Origin: a virus
Taxonomy: Duplodnaviria > Heunggongvirae > Uroviricota > Caudoviricetes
Length of the DNA: 52,969 bases
Strand: one strand, 5' to 3'
IMG/VR virus record: IMGVR_UViG_2718217885_000014
Coordinates: 1-52,969 of that record
The position numbers were made by a program, and so were the translations under genes. The notes below the pieces were generated by a model that ran no database searches, had not been told where the DNA came from, and saw only the letters and a list, made by a program, of their open reading frames with translations. Below, in pieces: positions 21,912 through 33,979 of this stretch; position 1 is the first letter of the stretch, and each line of letters begins with the position of its first letter.

Positions 21912-22605
21912 CCGGGACTGCAGTGTCTCCCGGACGTCATCCGGAAGATGGCTGTAAGGATTGCCATCCACCTTATGGCTGCCGCTGTAAATCAGCGTGA
22001 TTTCCACGCCCTGTTTCTCCAGGGCAGCACCGTAATTACTGTGAGCCATCATGACGCCGATGGAGCCTGTCCGGGCGGTCTGCGTGACCAGACGCCGGGA
22101 GGCGGCACTGGCAAGCAGCTGACCTGCACTGCAGTTCATGTCGTTGGCCAGCGCCCATACCGGTTTTATGTCACGCACACGGGCGATGATGTCAGCGCAG
22201 TCAAATGCCCCCGCCACCATTCCGCCTGGCGTGTCCATATCGAGCAGAATGCCGTCCACCATCGGGTCGCTGGCGGCCTGTTGCAGACGGGCGATAATGC
22301 CGTTGTAACCGGTCATCCCCGAGTACGGCTGCAGCGCCCGCGTCCGGCTGACCAGCGTGCCGGACACCGGCAGCACGGCGATGCCGTTCATGACCTGATA
22401 ACTGCGGGCCTGTCGTGGTCCGTCATCATCACCGGATAATGCCAGCGTCGCGAGTGCCTCCTGGGCAGTCAGGCTGTCGCCGGACACCGCATCCGTCAGG
22501 CGGCTGATCCCAAGCTGGCCTGCAAGCGCACAAAAGAAAACCCGCGCATAGGCGGGTTCAAGCATCAGCGGCTCATTAAAGGCCATGCTGGCAATATGCG
22601 GGAGA

Positions 22606-22625
<20 letters not shown>
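21306..22625 (-). CDS. C: prohead protease / minor capsid protein C (S49/ClpP-like)
   Basis: 439 aa starting at GTG (plus-strand cac at 22623-22625) followed by TAELRNLPHIASMAFNEPLMLEPAYARVFF as in lambda C; start overlaps the end of B as in lambda. Confidence 0.9.
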
Positions 22626-26306
<3,681 letters not shown>

Positions 26307-26332
<26 letters not shown>

Positions 26333-26852
26333 TCAGCAACCCCGGTATCAGTTCATCCAGCGCGGCTGCTTTGTTCATGGCTTTGATGATATCCCGTTTC
26401 AGGAAATCAACATGTCGGTTTTCCAGTTCCGGAAAACGCCGCTGCACCGACAGGGGGATCCCGTCGAGAATACTGGCAATTTCACCTGCGATCCGCGACA
26501 GCACGAAAGTACAGAATGCGGTTTCCACCACTTCAGCGGAGTCTCTGGCATTTTTCAGCTCCTGTGCGTCGGCCTGTGCACGCGTAAGTCGATGGCGTTC
26601 GTACTCAATAGTCCCTGGCTGGAGATCTGTCTCGCTGGCCTGCCGCAGTTCTTCAACTTCCCGGCGCAGCTTTTCGTTCTCAATTTCAGCATCCCTTTCG
26701 GCATACCATTTTATGACGGCGGCAGAATCATAAAGCACCTCATTACCCTTGCCACCGCCTCGCAGAACGGGCATTCCCTGTTCCTGCCAGTTCTGAATGG
26801 TACGGATACTCGCACCGAAAATGTCAGCCAGCTGCTTTTTGTTGACTTCCAT
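26307..26852 (-). CDS. Nu1: terminase small subunit Nu1
   Basis: 181 aa, MEVNKKQLADIFGASIRTIQNWQEQGMPVLRGGGKGNEVLYDSAAVIKWYAERDAEIENEKLRREVEEL as in lambda Nu1. Confidence 0.95.
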
Positions 26853-27029
26853 TGTTCATTCCACGGACAAAAACAGAGAAAGGAAACGACAAAGGCCAAA
26901 AAGCCCGTTTTCAGCACCTGTCGTTTCCTTTCTTTTCAGGGGGTATTTTAAATAAAAACATTAAGTTACGACGAAGAAGAACGGAAACACCTTAAACCGG
27001 AAAATTTTCATAAATAGCGAAAACCCGCG

Positions 27030-27041
27030 AGGTCGCCGCCC
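27030..27041. other. cos: cos cohesive-end site (cosN 12-nt overhang; flanking 26941-27060 matches the lambda left end including cosB)
   Basis: Plus strand 26941-27041 is the reverse complement of the remembered lambda left-end sequence (GGGCGGCGACCTCGCGGGTTTTCGCTATTTATGAAAATTTTCCGGTTTAAGG...); AGGTCGCCGCCC at 27030-27041 is the complement of the 12-nt cohesive end. Confidence 0.85.
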
Positions 27042-27240
27042 CGTAACAGGCCGGATCGCCAGAAAGGACCCGAAAATGATAATAATTATCAATTAAATAA
27101 AAGTTATCTCAACCGACAAGTTCACCATGAAAGAGGACAAATAATGAGTTCGGTCTCAATGCATTAATTGATCTGCATCAAATTTAAGTAAAAACATCTT
27201 TGGACAATACAGAACACTGCAGTGAATATGGAAAAAGACA

Positions 27241-27453
27241 ATGTCATCGAAGAACAAAACCAGCAAAACAACAACCCGTAACATCCGTTTTCCCAATCAC
27301 ATGATTGAGCAGATCAATATCGCCCTTGAGCATAAAGGCTCCGGCAACTTTTCGGCATGGGTTATTGAAGCCTGTCGCCGGAGGCTGGCAGCAGACATAA
27401 AATGTGCCCGTCAGTTAACTGTAACAAAGAATGATACACCGTCTGCTCTGTGA
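27241..27453 (+). CDS. small cos-proximal hypothetical protein, possible ribbon-helix-helix DNA-binding fold
   Basis: 70-aa ORF; region NIRFPNHMIEQINIALEHKGSGNFSAWVIEACRRRL resembles RHH/CopG-type proteins; transcribed away from cos. Confidence 0.5.
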   Translation: MSSKNKTSKTTTRNIRFPNHMIEQINIALEHKGSGNFSAWVIEACRRRLAADIKCARQLTVTKNDTPSAL

Positions 27454-27564
27454 TAACTGTTCATATAACCATTTCTTTATATTGCTGAATTTACAAAAAG
27501 TCGCAGTTATTAGTCGTATTTATTCCGAATTGAAATCATCCGTCATATAAAATAAAAAAGAATA

Positions 27565-27572
27565 ACAATAAT
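27565..27572. repeat. 8-bp target-site duplication ACAATAAT (left copy) of IS66-family element
   Basis: ACAATAAT immediately outside the IS terminus; identical copy at 30277-30284. Confidence 0.8.
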
Positions 27573-27602
27573 GTAAGCGGCTCGCCAGAACCGTATTGAT
27601 AT

Positions 27603-29174
27603 TTACTGAGAGGTCAGATCAACTTTCCAGGGCAACAGATCGCGTACCCGGTTTGCCGGCCAGTCCTGGATATGCTCAATGACGTAACGCAGCCATTTTT
27701 CTGGTTCCACATTGTTCAGACGGCATGTGCCGATCAGCGAGTACAACACCGCCGCATGTTCGCCACCGCTGTCGGAACCCGCGAAGAGCCAGTTTTTCCG
27801 GCCTACGGCCACTCCCCGTAAGGCGTTCTCTGCGATGTTGTTGTCGATTTCCACCTGGCCATTACTGCAGTACACGTTCAGGCCATCCCACTGTTTCAGC
27901 AGGTATGCGAACGCTTTTGCCGTATCCGAGTGACGCGACAGTGTTTTCATCTGAGTCTGTATCCAGTCATACAGTGACTGCATCAGTGGCGCAGCTCTGG
28001 CTTTTCTTGCCGCCAGACGCTGTTCTGCTGTACATCCCCGGACTTCTGCCTCTATGGCATACAGTTCACCGATACGCTGCAGGGCTTCCGTGGTGATGTC
28101 GGTGGGCACTCTTGCATGCACATCGTGGATTTTTCTCCGGGCATGAGCCATACACGCGGCTTCCGTTATTCTGCCGGATTCGTATAACACCCGGTAACCA
28201 CCGTAAGCATCGGCCTGAAGCACACCGCTGTAACCGGCCAGATGATTCTGTGGATGGACGCCTTTCCGGTCCGGGCTGTACGCGAACCAGACCGCCGGAG
28301 GCATCTGTGAACCGGCGTTACGGTCATCACGGACGTAGACCCACAGCCGGGCAGTCCTTGTTTTACCACTGCCCGGCTCCTGGACCGGGACGGGGATATC
28401 ATCGGCATGGACTTTACCGGGCATCAGCACATACTGGCGCAGGACGTCATACAGCGGCTCCAGCAGTTCAGCAACGGCACCTGTCCAGCGCCCCAGCGTG
28501 GCGCGGCTCAGCTCCACGCCCTGGCGACGGTATATTTCTGACTGGCGGTATAACGGCAGATGGTCTGCATATTTCCCGGTGACAACATGGGCCAGAAGCC
28601 CCGCTCCGGCATAACTGCGTGCAATGGGTTTTGAAGGTACTGGTGCCTGCACGATATGGTCGCACCGGCAACAGGCCAGTTTCGGACGTTGTGCTTCGAT
28701 AACCTTAAAGGCGCTGCTGATAAGCTCCAGTTGCTCTGACACATCACATCCCAGAGAACTGAGTTCGCCACCACAGGCCGGGCAGCATTCCTCTTCCGGC
28801 CGGATAACCCGGGTTTCACGGGGAAGTGAGGTCGGTAACGGTTTACGGGCAGAAGACTGGCGCAGGGGGGATGGCAGTGCCGGGTCATATTGCTCACCCA
28901 GCGTTTCTGCCATTTCTTCCTGAAGTGCGCTGATTCGCTCCTGTGCTTCCTGTATCTGCCGTTCGGTTTTTGCACGAAGTTTTTCTGAGCTTTTACCGAA
29001 CTGCATACGCTGCAGTTTCGCAACCAGCGCCTTCAGCCGGTTGATTTCGGAAGCATAAGCCGCCACCCGCTGTGAGAGCAGGCGGTTGTATTCAGCCATC
29101 TGGCGGATGGTGTCCTGTTGTGTCTGCAACAGTGCCCGCAGGCGGGCATTCTCATGAGCAAGTGAGGTGTCCAT
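27603..29174 (-). CDS. IS66-family transposase TnpC
   Basis: 523 aa with N-terminal coiled coil, CxxC zinc-finger motifs (CPACGG, CCRCDH) and the conserved IS66 transposase core. Confidence 0.9.
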   Translation of the reverse strand: MDTSLAHENARLRALLQTQQDTIRQMAEYNRLLSQRVAAYASEINRLKALVAKLQRMQFGKSSEKLRAKTERQIQEAQERISALQEEMAETLGEQYDPALPSPLRQSSARKPLPTSLPRETRVIRPEEECCPACGGELSSLGCDVSEQLELISSAFKVIEAQRPKLACCRCDHIVQAPVPSKPIARSYAGAGLLAHVVTGKYADHLPLYRQSEIYRRQGVELSRATLGRWTGAVAELLEPLYDVLRQYVLMPGKVHADDIPVPVQEPGSGKTRTARLWVYVRDDRNAGSQMPPAVWFAYSPDRKGVHPQNHLAGYSGVLQADAYGGYRVLYESGRITEAACMAHARRKIHDVHARVPTDITTEALQRIGELYAIEAEVRGCTAEQRLAARKARAAPLMQSLYDWIQTQMKTLSRHSDTAKAFAYLLKQWDGLNVYCSNGQVEIDNNIAENALRGVAVGRKNWLFAGSDSGGEHAAVLYSLIGTCRLNNVEPEKWLRYVIEHIQDWPANRVRDLLPWKVDLTSQ

Positions 29175-29193
29175 ATCCTCACTTTACATCGGG

Positions 29194-29541
29194 TTATATG
29201 CGGATTCCAGCGCGTTCCGTTCGTTTCGGGTGCTTCCAGTTGATGCCCTCAAGAAGCATGGACAACTGAGCCGGAGTAAGGTGAACCTTTCCATCGCGGG
29301 TGACCGGCCAGACGAAGCGGCCCCGCTCCAGGCGTTTGGTGAAGAGGCACAGTCCGTCGCTGTCAGCCCACAACACTTTTATCTGGTCACCCCGGCGTCC
29401 GCGGAAGATGAACAGATGCCCGGAGAACGGGTCATCCTTCAGGACGTTCTGAACTTTTGATGCCAGGCCGTTAAAACCATTTCGCATGTCGGTGATACCG
29501 GCAACCAGCCAGATACGTGAACCGGCAGGGAGAGATATCAT
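29194..29541 (-). CDS. IS66-family accessory protein TnpB
   Basis: 115 aa, MISLPAGSRIWLVAGITDMRNGFNGLASKVQ..., typical IS66 orf2 product. Confidence 0.9.
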   Translation of the reverse strand: MISLPAGSRIWLVAGITDMRNGFNGLASKVQNVLKDDPFSGHLFIFRGRRGDQIKVLWADSDGLCLFTKRLERGRFVWPVTRDGKVHLTPAQLSMLLEGINWKHPKRTERAGIRI

Positions 29542-30191
29542 CAGTGGCTGCTCCCTTTCATTTCGCGGATAAGTGTCTGTAATAACGCCGGTGTCAGTTC
29601 ACCTTTCAGCCTGAGAGTTCCGGCCGGCAGAACCAGCTCGCAGCACAGACTGTCTGGCAGTGTATTTATCTGTTCAGGTATCTGCACTGGTGCCGGGATT
29701 TTATTATCCGGCTCCGGAGTTAACGTCACGGGAAGTAGCGATGTTTCATGTTCGCCGGGCGGCTGCAGGCCGCCGTTACGCCAGAGATGCCGCCAGTTAA
29801 AGAGCAGGTTATCGTTGATTCCGTTCTCACGAGCTATTTGTGCGACACAGGCACCGGGTAAAAGAGTCCGCTGAACAAGTCTCCATTTAAACTCCGGTGA
29901 AAATCGGTTCCGGCGGGGTTTCTCTGCTTTCACAGGCTGAGTCACGGTCGGGGTTGAAGGATATCGCCCCGGGAAAAGAGCCCGGGCCAGTTGCCCGCAG
30001 GAATATTCACCGGAAAGGGGCCAGTCAGTGAATACCTGGTGAAATCGCCTCACCAGAGAAAAAATGGCGGTTTTGCTGACACCAGTCTGCGCAGAAATGC
30101 GCGGGTACGACAGTGACTCGTCAAATCTCAGCTGTAGCACACGCAGGATCAATTCCGGATTATCTGCCAATACCGCCTTTCGTGCATTCAT
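29541..30191 (-). CDS. IS66-family accessory protein TnpA (orf1)
   Basis: 216 aa; position and size typical of IS66 orf1; stop/start overlap with tnpB. Confidence 0.85.
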   Translation of the reverse strand: MNARKAVLADNPELILRVLQLRFDESLSYPRISAQTGVSKTAIFSLVRRFHQVFTDWPLSGEYSCGQLARALFPGRYPSTPTVTQPVKAEKPRRNRFSPEFKWRLVQRTLLPGACVAQIARENGINDNLLFNWRHLWRNGGLQPPGEHETSLLPVTLTPEPDNKIPAPVQIPEQINTLPDSLCCELVLPAGTLRLKGELTPALLQTLIREMKGSSH

Positions 30192-30276
30192 CTTAAATGT
30201 CCTTTTACTGCGAAAATGGACATTAGTATCGGAAACAGGAAAGGGAGGCGAAAGACGGTTTAAATGATGCGCTTAC

Positions 30277-30284
30277 ACAATAAT
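30277..30284. repeat. 8-bp target-site duplication ACAATAAT (right copy) of IS66-family element
   Basis: Identical to 27565-27572. Confidence 0.8.
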
Positions 30285-30311
30285 AATCTTCTACCCTTAT
30301 CAGTACCTTTA

Positions 30312-30340
30312 CTGCTGTGCTCCAACACAGCAGTTTTTTT
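30312..30340 (+). terminator. rho-independent terminator
   Basis: Inverted repeat CTGCTGTG / CACAGCAG with 6-nt loop followed by seven T at 30334-30340. Confidence 0.55.
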
Positions 30341-30964
30341 GATTATGCTCACATATTTTTCATCCCCACCGCACTGCACATTATAACTGTTGCTTTTCAA
30401 TTCAGGCTTTGTGCAGGTATGTCTGAATCTCCTCCGGGAGAGGTCTTCATCGTTATCAGCCCCAAAACACACCAGCGACACTGACAAAGAGCCTGCGAGT
30501 GCAGTTGCCCCGTTTTCGTTTTATGATGTATTCACCCAGTCAAATAATGAGCAAATTCAATCCATGTCAGACGGCAGAGAATCATAAAATTTAACCATCG
30601 TGCTTACATAAACAATCCGATAAAGACTTAACATACTTAAAATCGCATATTGCATAAGAATAAATAATAAGTCATCAAAAAACATCGGGCAAAACTACCG
30701 CAACTCCAGTTAAAAAGACAATATATTAATCCAGCGACCTCATTTATTATTCAGAAATGCTTAATAATAAGATATTTCCTGTTATTCCTTTATGGAGATC
30801 GGGTAACGGCTCCATGCCAGTCTTGTTGAATGGCTCAAAAAATAAGAGAATAATTCATAACATATATTGTAATTCAGGCTCGGTTATTTCGAATTGAATA
30901 CTTGCATTAAAATCTGATAAAAAATTCGTCATAACAACAACATTCTCTTCTGCATGTGCCATAA

Positions 30965-30993
30965 CCTGCCGTAACAACCCGGCAGGTTTTTTT
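30965..30993 (+). terminator. rho-independent terminator
   Basis: Inverted repeat CCTGCCG / CGGCAGG followed by seven T at 30987-30993. Confidence 0.55.
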
Positions 30994-31193
30994 ATTGAAT
31001 AAATTTCCGGTTTCTTCCACCATCGCACCGGCCAGGCGACTATGAGGGGACAACGCCGCGCTCCGTTAACGCAGTAAACCCCGGTGTGTATCGTTTTTGA
31101 TTATCCCCGCACACTCGCGCAGAGGAGTCTCCCCGTAGGGCTGCGGTCTCTGTTAATGCGGAAATACGGCGACGATACAACGCATTGAAAAAA

Positions 31194-31661
31194 CTATTTC
31201 AGGCACTGAGTACGGATATATTCCTGAAGCGTTCTCAATGCTGCCTGGTCGCTGATGATTCCGTCTCTGATACCGAGAACGTTTCGTCCAGCAACTGGAG
31301 AGAGTTCGACGCTGGCATCATTGCCCACGCGGGCGGTGGCGGTGGCTTCACGCACGGAGCCTGGACAGGTGGCGTTGATCCGCAGGCGCTTACGACCAGC
31401 GGTAACATCAGCACGCAGAGTTTCATTTTCAGCTCTCGCATCGGCTAATTCCCTCGAGTATTTTGCATCGAGCGCAGCAACATCGTGCTGGCGCTGCTGC
31501 ATGTCAGCGATGGTGGCGGTCGCCTGCTTCAGCTCACTGACTTTTTTATCACGCTGTTCTTTGTAGGCGATGGCGTTATCACGGTAATGATTGACCGCCC
31601 ACGACAGGCAGACGATGATGCAGATAACCAGAGCATAAATAATCGCGGCGACTCTGCTCAC
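31194..31661 (-). CDS. Rz: i-spanin Rz
   Basis: N-terminal transmembrane segment [34 protein letters not shown] resembling lambda Rz; probable GTG start overlapping the R stop (GTGA at 31658-31661); track ORF extends to a TTG at 31676. Confidence 0.8.
   Translation of the reverse strand: MSRVAAIIYALVICIIVCLSWAVNHYRDNAIAYKEQRDKKVSELKQATATIADMQQRQHDVAALDAKYSRELADARAENETLRADVTAGRKRLRINATCPGSVREATATARVGNDASVELSPVAGRNVLGIRDGIISDQAALRTLQEYIRTQCLK
31235..31426 (-). CDS. Rz1: o-spanin Rz1 lipoprotein, embedded in the +1 frame of Rz
   Basis: [15 protein letters not shown] lipobox signal then proline-rich [10 protein letters not shown], as in lambda Rz1; lies entirely within Rz. Confidence 0.75.
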   Translation of the reverse strand: MKLCVLMLPLVVSACGSTPPVQAPCVKPPPPPAWAMMPASNSLQLLDETFSVSETESSATRQH

Positions 31662-32191
31662 TGATCTATCCCCCAACAGGCTAATGCGCTTTCCTGGTCA
31701 CGACGAATAACCTGTCCATAGCAGTTATTTGAACGTATGCGGCAATCGCGCCCACCATCTTTTATCCACCAGCGAATCGCCTCGCATGCACCCTTACGAT
31801 CACCGGCATTCAGCCGCTTATAAAACGTCGACGGGAAACACTTACCGGGGCCAATGTTATAGGGACAAAATGACGCTATACCCGCTTTCTGTGGTTCGGT
31901 CAGTGGTACTTTAATATTGCGTTCCACCCATGCCAGCGCCTTATCACGTTCAATAGCGTTAACCTGGTCGCATTTTTCCTTCGACAGCTTCATTCCCGGT
32001 ATGACGGGCTTACCATCCACCATTGTGGCACCACGACAGATGGTCCATATACCGGAACCATCGCGGTATGCCGTAGTGTGGTTACCCTCTTTTTCATCCA
32101 GAAACTGGTCAAGTATTTGAGGAGCAGACGCGCCTGCAGCAATCAGCGCCAGAACGGCAGCCGACAGGCCGTATCTGATTTTTGCGTTCAT
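31658..32191 (-). CDS. R: phage lysozyme R (T4-lysozyme family), probable SAR endolysin
   Basis: 177 aa; weakly hydrophobic Gly/Ala-rich N-terminus ([19 protein letters not shown]) then E-D-T catalytic region ([20 protein letters not shown]); resembles K-12 prophage lysozymes RrrD/RrrQ from memory. Confidence 0.85.
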   Translation of the reverse strand: MNAKIRYGLSAAVLALIAAGASAPQILDQFLDEKEGNHTTAYRDGSGIWTICRGATMVDGKPVIPGMKLSKEKCDQVNAIERDKALAWVERNIKVPLTEPQKAGIASFCPYNIGPGKCFPSTFYKRLNAGDRKGACEAIRWWIKDGGRDCRIRSNNCYGQVIRRDQESALACWGIDQ

Positions 32192-32254
32192 GGATATTTA
32201 TCAGGATTTATCGGTTTCTGCCCACGGACAGGTTTATCTGTTCCGGTCAGTGGC

Positions 32255-32605
32255 TTAAGGTTGTGATTCCGGAGGAGTCTTCAGAGAACCAGTAATTCTT
32301 CCTGGTAGCTCTCCTTTGTAGGTTATCCACACATTCTGCGCCTCTAAAATTACGGGGCGCTTTTCCGGCGACTGCTCATCCCCTTCACATAACCCGGCAG
32401 CAACATCCAGGAAGACCTGTCTGATGCGCCTTCTGGCTGCTGCTTCATAAAACTCCAGCGCGGCACCTTCAACACGGTCCAGCGAGATGTCCAGGTCAAA
32501 AATTTCACCGTCAAAGCGTTTTTTGTCCCGTAACGCTAAAGTTACCGTAACTTTATTCTCAAAATTGCGGATCCCTTTCACAATCAGTTCATAGTTTTGA
32601 GTCAT
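32255..32605 (-). CDS. hypothetical protein between holin and lysozyme (YdfR-like)
   Basis: 116-aa ORF occupying the position of ydfR in the K-12 Qin lysis cassette; function unknown. Confidence 0.6.
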   Translation of the reverse strand: MTQNYELIVKGIRNFENKVTVTLALRDKKRFDGEIFDLDISLDRVEGAALEFYEAAARRRIRQVFLDVAAGLCEGDEQSPEKRPVILEAQNVWITYKGELPGRITGSLKTPPESQP

Positions 32606-32609
32606 TGAA

Positions 32610-32825
32610 TTACTCTCCCCGTGCAGCCTTACGCTTGTCTTCTCTGATTTTGAAGTACAGATTTGTCAGATAAGTCAGGAAGCCCAGAACCAGACTCCCC
32701 AGTACACCAATCGCAGCCCACTGTGACGGACTGACCTGATCAAGCCACTGTAAAAACCAGTAGCCAGCACTGCCTGCGGAGGTGCCGTAGGCAATGCCCG
32801 TTGAAATTTTGTCCATGGATTTCAT
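32610..32825 (-). CDS. S: class II holin (phage 21 S-type pinholin) with dual-start motif
   Basis: 71 aa from [63 protein letters not shown], near-identical to phage 21 S; Met1-Lys-Ser-Met4 dual start at 32814-32825. Confidence 0.85.
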   Translation of the reverse strand: MKSMDKISTGIAYGTSAGSAGYWFLQWLDQVSPSQWAAIGVLGSLVLGFLTYLTNLYFKIREDKRKAARGE

Positions 32826-32936
32826 AACCCCCACCTCGCAGATGCGGGCGTTGTGTAATGGAAACAAAAAAGGCCACCAGCGGCCCGTAAAAACAACACC
32901 CAATCAAAGGCACCCGCAGATGCCTTTTGCGTGGTG

Positions 32937-33089
32937 TTATTCAGATTTGCGCAGTAAAGGCCGGAGCACGACCAGCACCATCACCACCAGCACACCATCT
33001 GCCAGTACCGACATCAGCCGTCCGGTAAAATCCACCACCACTACCAGAAACAGCAGGATGGCAGCCAGCACAAGGCGCGCACTTTTCAC
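32937..33089 (-). CDS. putative small two-transmembrane protein (not in ORF track)
   Basis: In-frame GTG at 33087-33089 overlapping the TGA stop of the upstream TerB-like gene (GTGA); encodes about 50 aa with two hydrophobic stretches (LVLAAILLFLVVVV and VLADGVLVVMVLVVL); internal ATG at 33012-33014 is an alternative start (25 aa). Confidence 0.3.
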   Translation of the reverse strand: MKSARLVLAAILLFLVVVVDFTGRLMSVLADGVLVVMVLVVLRPLLRKSE

Positions 33090-33511
33090 AGGTACTGCTC
33101 CAGTGGTAGCTGCAGCGCCTGAGCAATTTTCTTCAGTTGCGCTTCTTCATCCGGGCCAATGCCGTCCTGGTCAGCGATATCCAGACACAGGCACAGCACA
33201 TTAACTGCGTCATCAGTACCGGCAACATCAGCCAGCTGACGAAGGGCTTCAGCATTGGCAGAGCGCGGCGACGCTTCATAACGGGCGCGGATATTTGCAC
33301 TCATTTGTGCAATCTCACCGGAGAACGGCGCAAAGGCAGGAAGTGCTGCAATGGTTTTCTCCAGTACCGCGATTTCTTTCGCGTCACAGGTGTCGTCAGC
33401 GTATGCAATGGAATACGCACCCCAGACGGTCGCCTCCACTGCGTCGCGGTTCTCCATCTTCTTCACTTCGGTAATGGCCTTGCGAGTTTTCTTTTTGAAA
33501 ATACCAAACAT
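33086..33511 (-). CDS. TerB-like (tellurite-resistance TerB / DjlA N-domain fold) protein
   Basis: 141 aa with TerB-like pattern (acidic helices, LDIADQDGIGPDEEAQLKKIAQALQL); located between the late tRNA genes and the holin. Confidence 0.55.
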   Translation of the reverse strand: MFGIFKKKTRKAITEVKKMENRDAVEATVWGAYSIAYADDTCDAKEIAVLEKTIAALPAFAPFSGEIAQMSANIRARYEASPRSANAEALRQLADVAGTDDAVNVLCLCLDIADQDGIGPDEEAQLKKIAQALQLPLEQYL

Positions 33512-33685
33512 CGTGACTTTTCCTTTTAGTGGGTGAGCCTGCGCCCGGGGGTGACCAGCCCACAGAGAAAGTCACACTGACCATCCCGTAAGCTCACCCC
33601 TGAAAGGCTCTGTGGTTTTTGATATGCGCCGGGCGTGGCGCGGATACAAAAAAGGCCCGCCAAAGCGAGCCGGGAAAAATAAGTC

Positions 33686-33762
33686 TGGCGCGTTGTACTG
33701 GATTCGAACCAGTGACCGATTGCTTAGAAGGCAATTGCTCTGTCCGACTGAGCTAACAACGC
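33686..33762 (-). tRNA. tRNA-Arg (anticodon UCU)
   Basis: 77-nt cloverleaf folded by hand: acceptor GCGTTGT/ACAACGC, D-arm GCTC/GAGC, anticodon stem ATTGC/GCAAT with loop CTTCTAA, T-loop TTCGAAT, encoded CCA. Confidence 0.8.
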
Positions 33763-33775
33763 ATGATGCAGATAA

Positions 33776-33856
33776 TGGACCGCCATCGAGGACTCGAACC
33801 CCGCACCAACAACCCTGTTATCGTGTCGTCTGCTCTTCCTGATGAGCTAATGGCGG
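33776..33856 (-). tRNA. tRNA-like gene with atypical anticodon arm (anticodon not assignable; possibly degenerate)
   Basis: Acceptor CCGCCAT/ATGGCGG, D-arm GCTC/GAGC, T-arm CGGGG-TTCGAGT-CCTCG and CCA are canonical, but 27 nt lie between D and T arms and no standard 5-7-5 anticodon stem-loop could be folded by hand. Confidence 0.45.
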
Positions 33857-33863
33857 TATGTTA

Positions 33864-33939
33864 TGGTGGCCCTTGCTGGATTTGAACCAGCGACCTGGCG
33901 ATTATGAGTCGCTCGCTCTCACCACTGAGCTAAAGGGCC
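33864..33939 (-). tRNA. tRNA with CAU anticodon (Met, or Ile2 if lysidine-modified, as ileZ of phage 933W)
   Basis: 76-nt cloverleaf: acceptor GGCCCTT/AAGGGCC, D-arm GCTC-AGTGGTGA-GAGC, anticodon loop CTCATAA, T-loop TTCAAAT, CCA. Confidence 0.8.
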
Positions 33940-33979
33940 GGGCGCAGGATAATAACGGTACGTAACTAATTCTGCAATA

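Larger units (their letters stand above)
27573..30276 (-). mobile_element. IS66-family insertion sequence (three-ORF tnpA-tnpB-tnpC organisation), 2704 bp
   Basis: Termini begin GTAAGCG at 27573-27579 and its complement CGCTTAC at 30270-30276; imperfect terminal inverted repeats; three IS66-type ORFs inside; flanked by a perfect 8-bp direct repeat. Confidence 0.9.

Noticed and set aside
28112-28582. 156-aa plus-strand ORF inside the IS66 element
   Set aside because: Antisense to the TnpC transposase gene; Arg/Gly/Pro-rich composition.
30390-30587. 65-aa plus-strand ORF in the AT-rich region left of Rz
   Set aside because: No ribosome-binding site or recognisable features; kept only as a possibility within the finding for that region.
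33512-33979. Shiga toxin genes expected downstream of the tRNA genes by analogy with 933W
   Set aside because: No ORF in this segment resembles StxA or StxB; the slot holds tRNA genes and the TerB-like gene instead.
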